NCBI GenBank assembly: GCA_964016885.1
Contig: OZ024742.1
Location: 111,910,001 to 111,974,000 of the forward strand
DNA from: Eledone cirrhosa
Lineage: Eukaryota
Direction of reading: 5' to 3'
Length of the DNA: 64,000 nt
Position 1 is the stretch's first letter, and each line of letters begins with the position of its first letter. The notes below the pieces were generated by a model that had not been told where the DNA came from, searched no databases, and worked only from the letters and a program-made list of their open reading frames with translations. Shown piece by piece: positions 58,885-64,000 of this stretch. Made by a program: the position numbers and the translations under genes.

Positions 58885-61100
58885 TCATTTATTGGGCAGA
58901 AGGGCCGATATATAGGGGACAATACAAAGACAAAGACAGTGGGGGTTTACAATAACATCGAGGAATTATACACAATAACAAAAACAATTAATATTAGAAA
59001 TAAAACAAAATACATTACCCAATAGGGGGTGAGATAAAACACACAGGTGCGACTAAAGTACACCTCCAAACTTCACGTGCAGTAGGGAAGGGCACCCCTC
59101 TCCTTCCCAAATTAATTAGCCTACAGGTGCATGCTCAAAGTAGGCTCATTCCACGGGACATTCTCAGCACATTCACTCCAATATTAGCAAATCTACTGGG
59201 CAGCACTTCTTTCTCCACCTCACCTTTCTTCCAAGTGAAACTTGACAAGGCTGATGAATCATTGGCCGAAGAGAAACGTATCTGTCTTCAGTACTTTCAG
59301 CCTGATCCACCACACACACATTTTCGTTAGCGCCACCAGACAGAGGTAAACTACTTGCACTTCCCCATGAAAAGAATGCAGCGGGGCGATCTTCCATATA
59401 GACTCTATCGATAGCCAGAACCGCCCTACACGCCGCAACAGCTGTTCAAGATAACTAAACAAGTCAGTAATGCACGGACACGGGACATATGTGTGCACAA
59501 CTGTTTCGTCGCACTGTGCGCATCTCGGGCAGGTCCATCTTCCAGCACTTCCGTGTCTGTAGGGTTTATTTCTAATCGGCGGTGCCTCCGGTAGGAATGC
59601 CAAATGAAGGATTTCTGGAAGTTATCAATAGTCCCCGGCTCGACAGTTCTTCGGAACTGAGTGGTCAGTTCATTATCGTTAAAGCCTAGAACCTCTCCGA
59701 TTGCGTCGTCGCACATGCCTTCCACTAATCCTGTATAGAACTCGACCGTGCAAGTTCCACTGACCGCATTGCCCGTCTGTTAGAGGGCAGTGAGTGTCTG
59801 ACATTATCCGAAGTACCAGGTGCCTAGTCTCGGTCTCTTCCTGACCCCAAACTGCAGCTGAGTCAAAGAGACGAGTTGCAGAAAGGCCTCTCTCACATAA
59901 AGCGACCACATCTGTTCACCGTTTACGCAGAATATCTGGAGATGCCACAACCTCAGCGCATGATTACACATCATTAGCCACGTCATGCCGGCACTCCTCG
60001 TAAATGTGTACTGGCTGCAGATGGATTGCCTCACCAACGGAAGTTATCCCATCCACAAACATTTGAAGAGGAGTTGTGCCAATTTGGCGAGGCACGAACG
60101 GAGGTGAGGCATGACGGTCAGACGTTAGAAGATGACGCGATTTAAGCGTTCGCCTCCTAAAACCAGACTTTTCAGGGAAAGTGTTCCTCCGGCCAATTTC
60201 GTGGTGAGAATGCCTATCTTGCTTGTAACTTCATTCCGATCTTTATCCACCTAGAGCAACGTTACCATTCCATCTTTCCAGCGCCCGATGCCATGGACTA
60301 TCCTCTCCCGATACCGAGGTATCGGGAGAGGATAGTCCATGACAATATTCCAGGTTTAGTGTTGCTACCGTCAATGTTTCATATTCATCCAGGAAGGTGC
60401 CAATCACCTCGATATCCGAAGTGGTCGACACCATCACAGTGATGTCTTCTGCATATGCCGACAGGGTCTTTCCGCATCGAGTCTTTTCGGTTCGAGCGGA
60501 TGCCCTAGAAAAGCGCCAGCTTCCTCAGTAAAGGCTCGAGAGTCAATACGTACAGAAGGGAGGAGAGAGTGAACCCTTGAAGGACCAATCGAGAGATCTG
60601 AAATGTTTCCGAACCATGGCCCTTAACTATATACAGCGGCTTGAGAATAGCTACCAGGTATGGATGGTCGACTCTATGGAAAGCTTTCGATTTATCTAAA
60701 TTGATCAGAGCCCCACTGAAGCCAGGTCTAAATCCTTCCCTCCTTCTGTTGTAACACGTAAGCTGGAGGTTGTTGTGTATGGGCCTGGCCGGCATAGAGC
60801 ACCTTTATGACACTTCTACCAAATCCTCGATGAGAAGCGCCAACCTCGTCGCTAACACCTTGCAGAACATCTTAAATTCTGTTTTAGCAAAGTAATGGTT
60901 CTGAAGTTGTCTAATGTATCCCTCTTATTCTCGCCTTTTCTTATCAGTATCACTTCGCTCCGGCTCACAGAACTAGGAATATTCCTGTTCTGCTGTTAGT
61001 TGCAATAGAGCGCTATGGGGAGATAGGAGAACCCGTATGTCATATCTAAGTAAAGCTCGAAGTGCAGACCTTCTAAATTCGGTGACTTTGTCTGCACTAC
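58885..61100 (-). mobile_element. Decayed Tx1/L1-clade LINE (RT + C-terminal zinc knuckle + 3' UTR)
   Basis: NFRTITL, LINLDKSKAFHRVDH, QG..LSSLLYVLTLEPL, SAYAEDITV, CPRC...ETVVH....C. Confidence 0.88.
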
Positions 61101-61199
61101 GCGCTATAAGTAGACATAACAGACTTATTCTCCTATCTCCTCGAAGCACTCTGCTGCGACTGACAGCAGAATGGGAGTATTCCCAGTTGTCTGAGCCGA

Positions 61200-62430
61200 C
61201 ATAAACAACCTATTACCGGAGTAACAGAATGGAGGCCCGTACAAAATACGACTTTCTTAATGACAATATGATAATAGGGAAATGGAAGAGGAGACATAGT
61301 GGTTTTGCCATGAGATGAATGAATTACATGAAAGCATTCGAAGTGGTTCCCAGTTTTGGATAACCAAGTGTCTGGAAGTCTTCATGGTGGCGAACAACAT
61401 CAGATTGCTATTAAGTAGTAGCATGAAGACCGGTTAGACAGAGCTAACATCGGGAGGTGAATCCTCGGGAAGAGTAAAAATCGGGAGAAGTATTTTACAA
61501 GGAAGTAGTCTTTCCCATTTATTGTTTGTCTTTACCATCATACATTTGTCCCACGAATTGCAAAGAGCGACAAGATACTAACTGGGAAGAGGTGAGATTA
61601 ACATCAACCTCGTCCTTTTCGTGGAAGACCTAACATTCTTCTGGAAGTGCGAGAAGGAGTCTGATATACTTATTGACAATGTCACTATTTTCAGCAATTA
61701 TATATGTATGGAATTTGGTGTTAATAAGTTTGACGTTCTAGTGATGAGGAGAGATAAATTAAAGAGAATAAAACAAATTTGAGGTACCATTGGTTGAGTT
61801 GATAAAGGAGATCGACGCCGAAGAAGGATTTTTGCCATTTGTGTGCTCTGGAAGATGATAAATTCAAGGACAAAAGAATGAAGGAGGCGATGAAATCTGA
61901 ATACGTAAGAAGAGTATGAAACATACTAAAATCCCAGCTGAAGAGTAGAAATGCCATAAGAGCAGTAAAGTGGCAACTGAAAAGATTTTGGAATTGTCAT
62001 GAAATCAAGGTCGTCCCTAATTTTCACAGGAAGAAGAGCGTCCAAGGCTCATTAAAGAACAATATCCCAGACACCATTTTTGGAGCACCCCAGAAGGCAT
62101 GCCTACTGGGAAAACATGTACTTTCCGATATATGTGAATATCTGAGGGTGCATGTAGCCGTTTGATGTTTTTAATGAAAATTTTCCGGTTAAAATAACAG
62201 CAATCACTTTGATATCAAAATATAACTTGGTGTAACAGGTACTGAAAGGAGATGTTTGTTGATCCGTGTAGCTTGACTACGGGGCATTAAATCAATGTTA
62301 AACAATACGAGAAAATTGTAAGATTTGCAGGCTTAGGAATAGATGTCAAGAGAATGTGTAATTTGAAAGCAAGTGTGGGTGACACTCAGAAGACCCCCAG
62401 AAAAACCTTGATAGAATCTTTATCAGTCTA
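61200..62430 (+). mobile_element. Decayed R4/Dong-like LINE fragments
   Basis: SILQGSSLSHLLFV, INLVLFVEDL, MEFGVNK and C-terminal QKACLLG remnants. Confidence 0.65.
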
Positions 62431-64000
62431 GAATATCATGCAGACGTTCAATCGTATAGAAATTGTCCTGTAAGCTGGTGAGCGTGAGCATATTGGAATA
62501 AATGATTGAAAATAAAGAAACAACGAAAGAAGGGAGAAAGAAAAAGACAGATGGTTTGGTGAAATACGCACCACCGTAGTCTTACCGGAAATTTCAATGG
62601 CCAGCAATACACACATGTAGACTCCAGCCCTGGACACTAACGAAAACCGAGCGGACGCTTACTGTTACTTTATTAACGACTTCGAGATTAAATAGATAAA
62701 ATGTTGCGAGAAGACCAGCCAAACTGTCGCTATGTGAATTCATATTTTCCCTGGTGCTGATACGTCTGTAAACAATTTAAATCTTCCAAAATAAATACAT
62801 AAATAAATAAATAAATAAGATTTAATGCCACATAGTGCTTAGCCATACGCTTTCTAGCCACATACAGGACATGACTCCTAACTCTCATTTAATCCCAATG
62901 CTACGACGAAAATGGCGTATCAGAAATTGCTTTCTTGTAAACTTGTTTAGGAGTTACAAAATGTTTGGCATGCATTGCTAAACATTTTGTAACTCCTTTC
63001 GGAAAAACATTTATCCGGCTAATTATTCTACCGTATCGTACACTTTGACTGGAAACAACGCTGTATTCCTTCAAGGGTATACAGATTGGTGTGAAGTGCA
63101 TACCTTAATACTAAAGTTAGTATTATTGTCAACTTTTGTCAATATCGACTCATGGATTTTCTCAATATTCATGTGTAAATAGTTGATTCTGTTGACGTTG
63201 CAACAATTCCACTTAACCTGTAAACGCGCATAAATATATGGTGGAATGTTTGGGTAAAAATTATTATATTTCATTCTGATAAAAACAGAATAATATAAAT
63301 CACTTTATACCAATATATAATTATGTACGAGCCGCTGAAGTTACATCCTACTTAAAATGTAAAAAACAATTACAAAATTCGTTCTATCACTACTGATATA
63401 AGGGTGGAAATCCTGCAACTAATAACTGACCAGCATTCAAACCACTTAAGGAAAAAACATGGAAAAAAACATAATTGACTTAAACAAAAATAAAAGTGAA
63501 TAAATAGGGAAATCACATCACAACCAAATTTCACTTATTTAAACGAAATCTAACCAAATTAATCCGAAACATCATATTATCATCACCCAGCCAGAAAAGA
63601 ATAGAGAAACAAACAGTTAGTCTATAACATAGAACACAAGCTGAATATTAAGCAGACCACTAACTTAAAAATAATACACATCAGTCTTGAACCAAGAAAA
63701 GCCGGTAAAATGTTGAAGTATTTAGTATAATTTCAAACAAAAGAAAGTGAAAATATATTTATATTATTCATAAAATGTATTAAAATGATAGCCTCTTTTA
63801 GAAAAGAGTTTCCATTTTCGGTGTAGAAGCGATAGCCACCCCGTTTACATTTGTGGAGATATTTGCGGCTTGATTAACGAGCCACTACTACACAAAAGCT
63901 TCTCTAGCCAGTAACCTGAATTGCCCCTTGACATTATAAGATGTAGGGTGATTTTCTGGGACAATTTCTTGAGAACAAAGTGCGTCTAATGCCATGAAAT

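Overview
AT-rich eukaryotic non-genic DNA, almost entirely microsatellites and transposon debris. The SINE family and (TA)n/(CA)n load suggest an octopus or other cephalopod (inference). No host protein-coding gene could be supported, and nearly all long ORFs in the ORF track are microsatellite artefacts. The window holds Penelope-like retroelements (PLEs) of apparently three clades: one 555-aa intact RT+GIY-YIG frame, several YRDDG-type copies and one decayed Neptune-like copy. It also has LINE fragments (RTE, Tx1/L1, R4/Dong-like, CRE-like), about 14 tRNA-derived SINE copies and a non-autonomous Helitron. The main finding is a dense set of type I hammerhead ribozyme (HHR) motifs, read by eye, of at least five sequence families. 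They occur in PLE pseudo-LTRs, in non-coding tandem arrays of 238-435 nt units (retrozyme-like, possible circRNA sources) and in fold-back inserts inside (TA)n. Two families carry the compensatory U3-A8 core (TTGAnAA instead of CTGAnGA), one attached to a PLE and one as a coding-free 320-nt array. All folds are manual and untested, and element boundaries are approximate.
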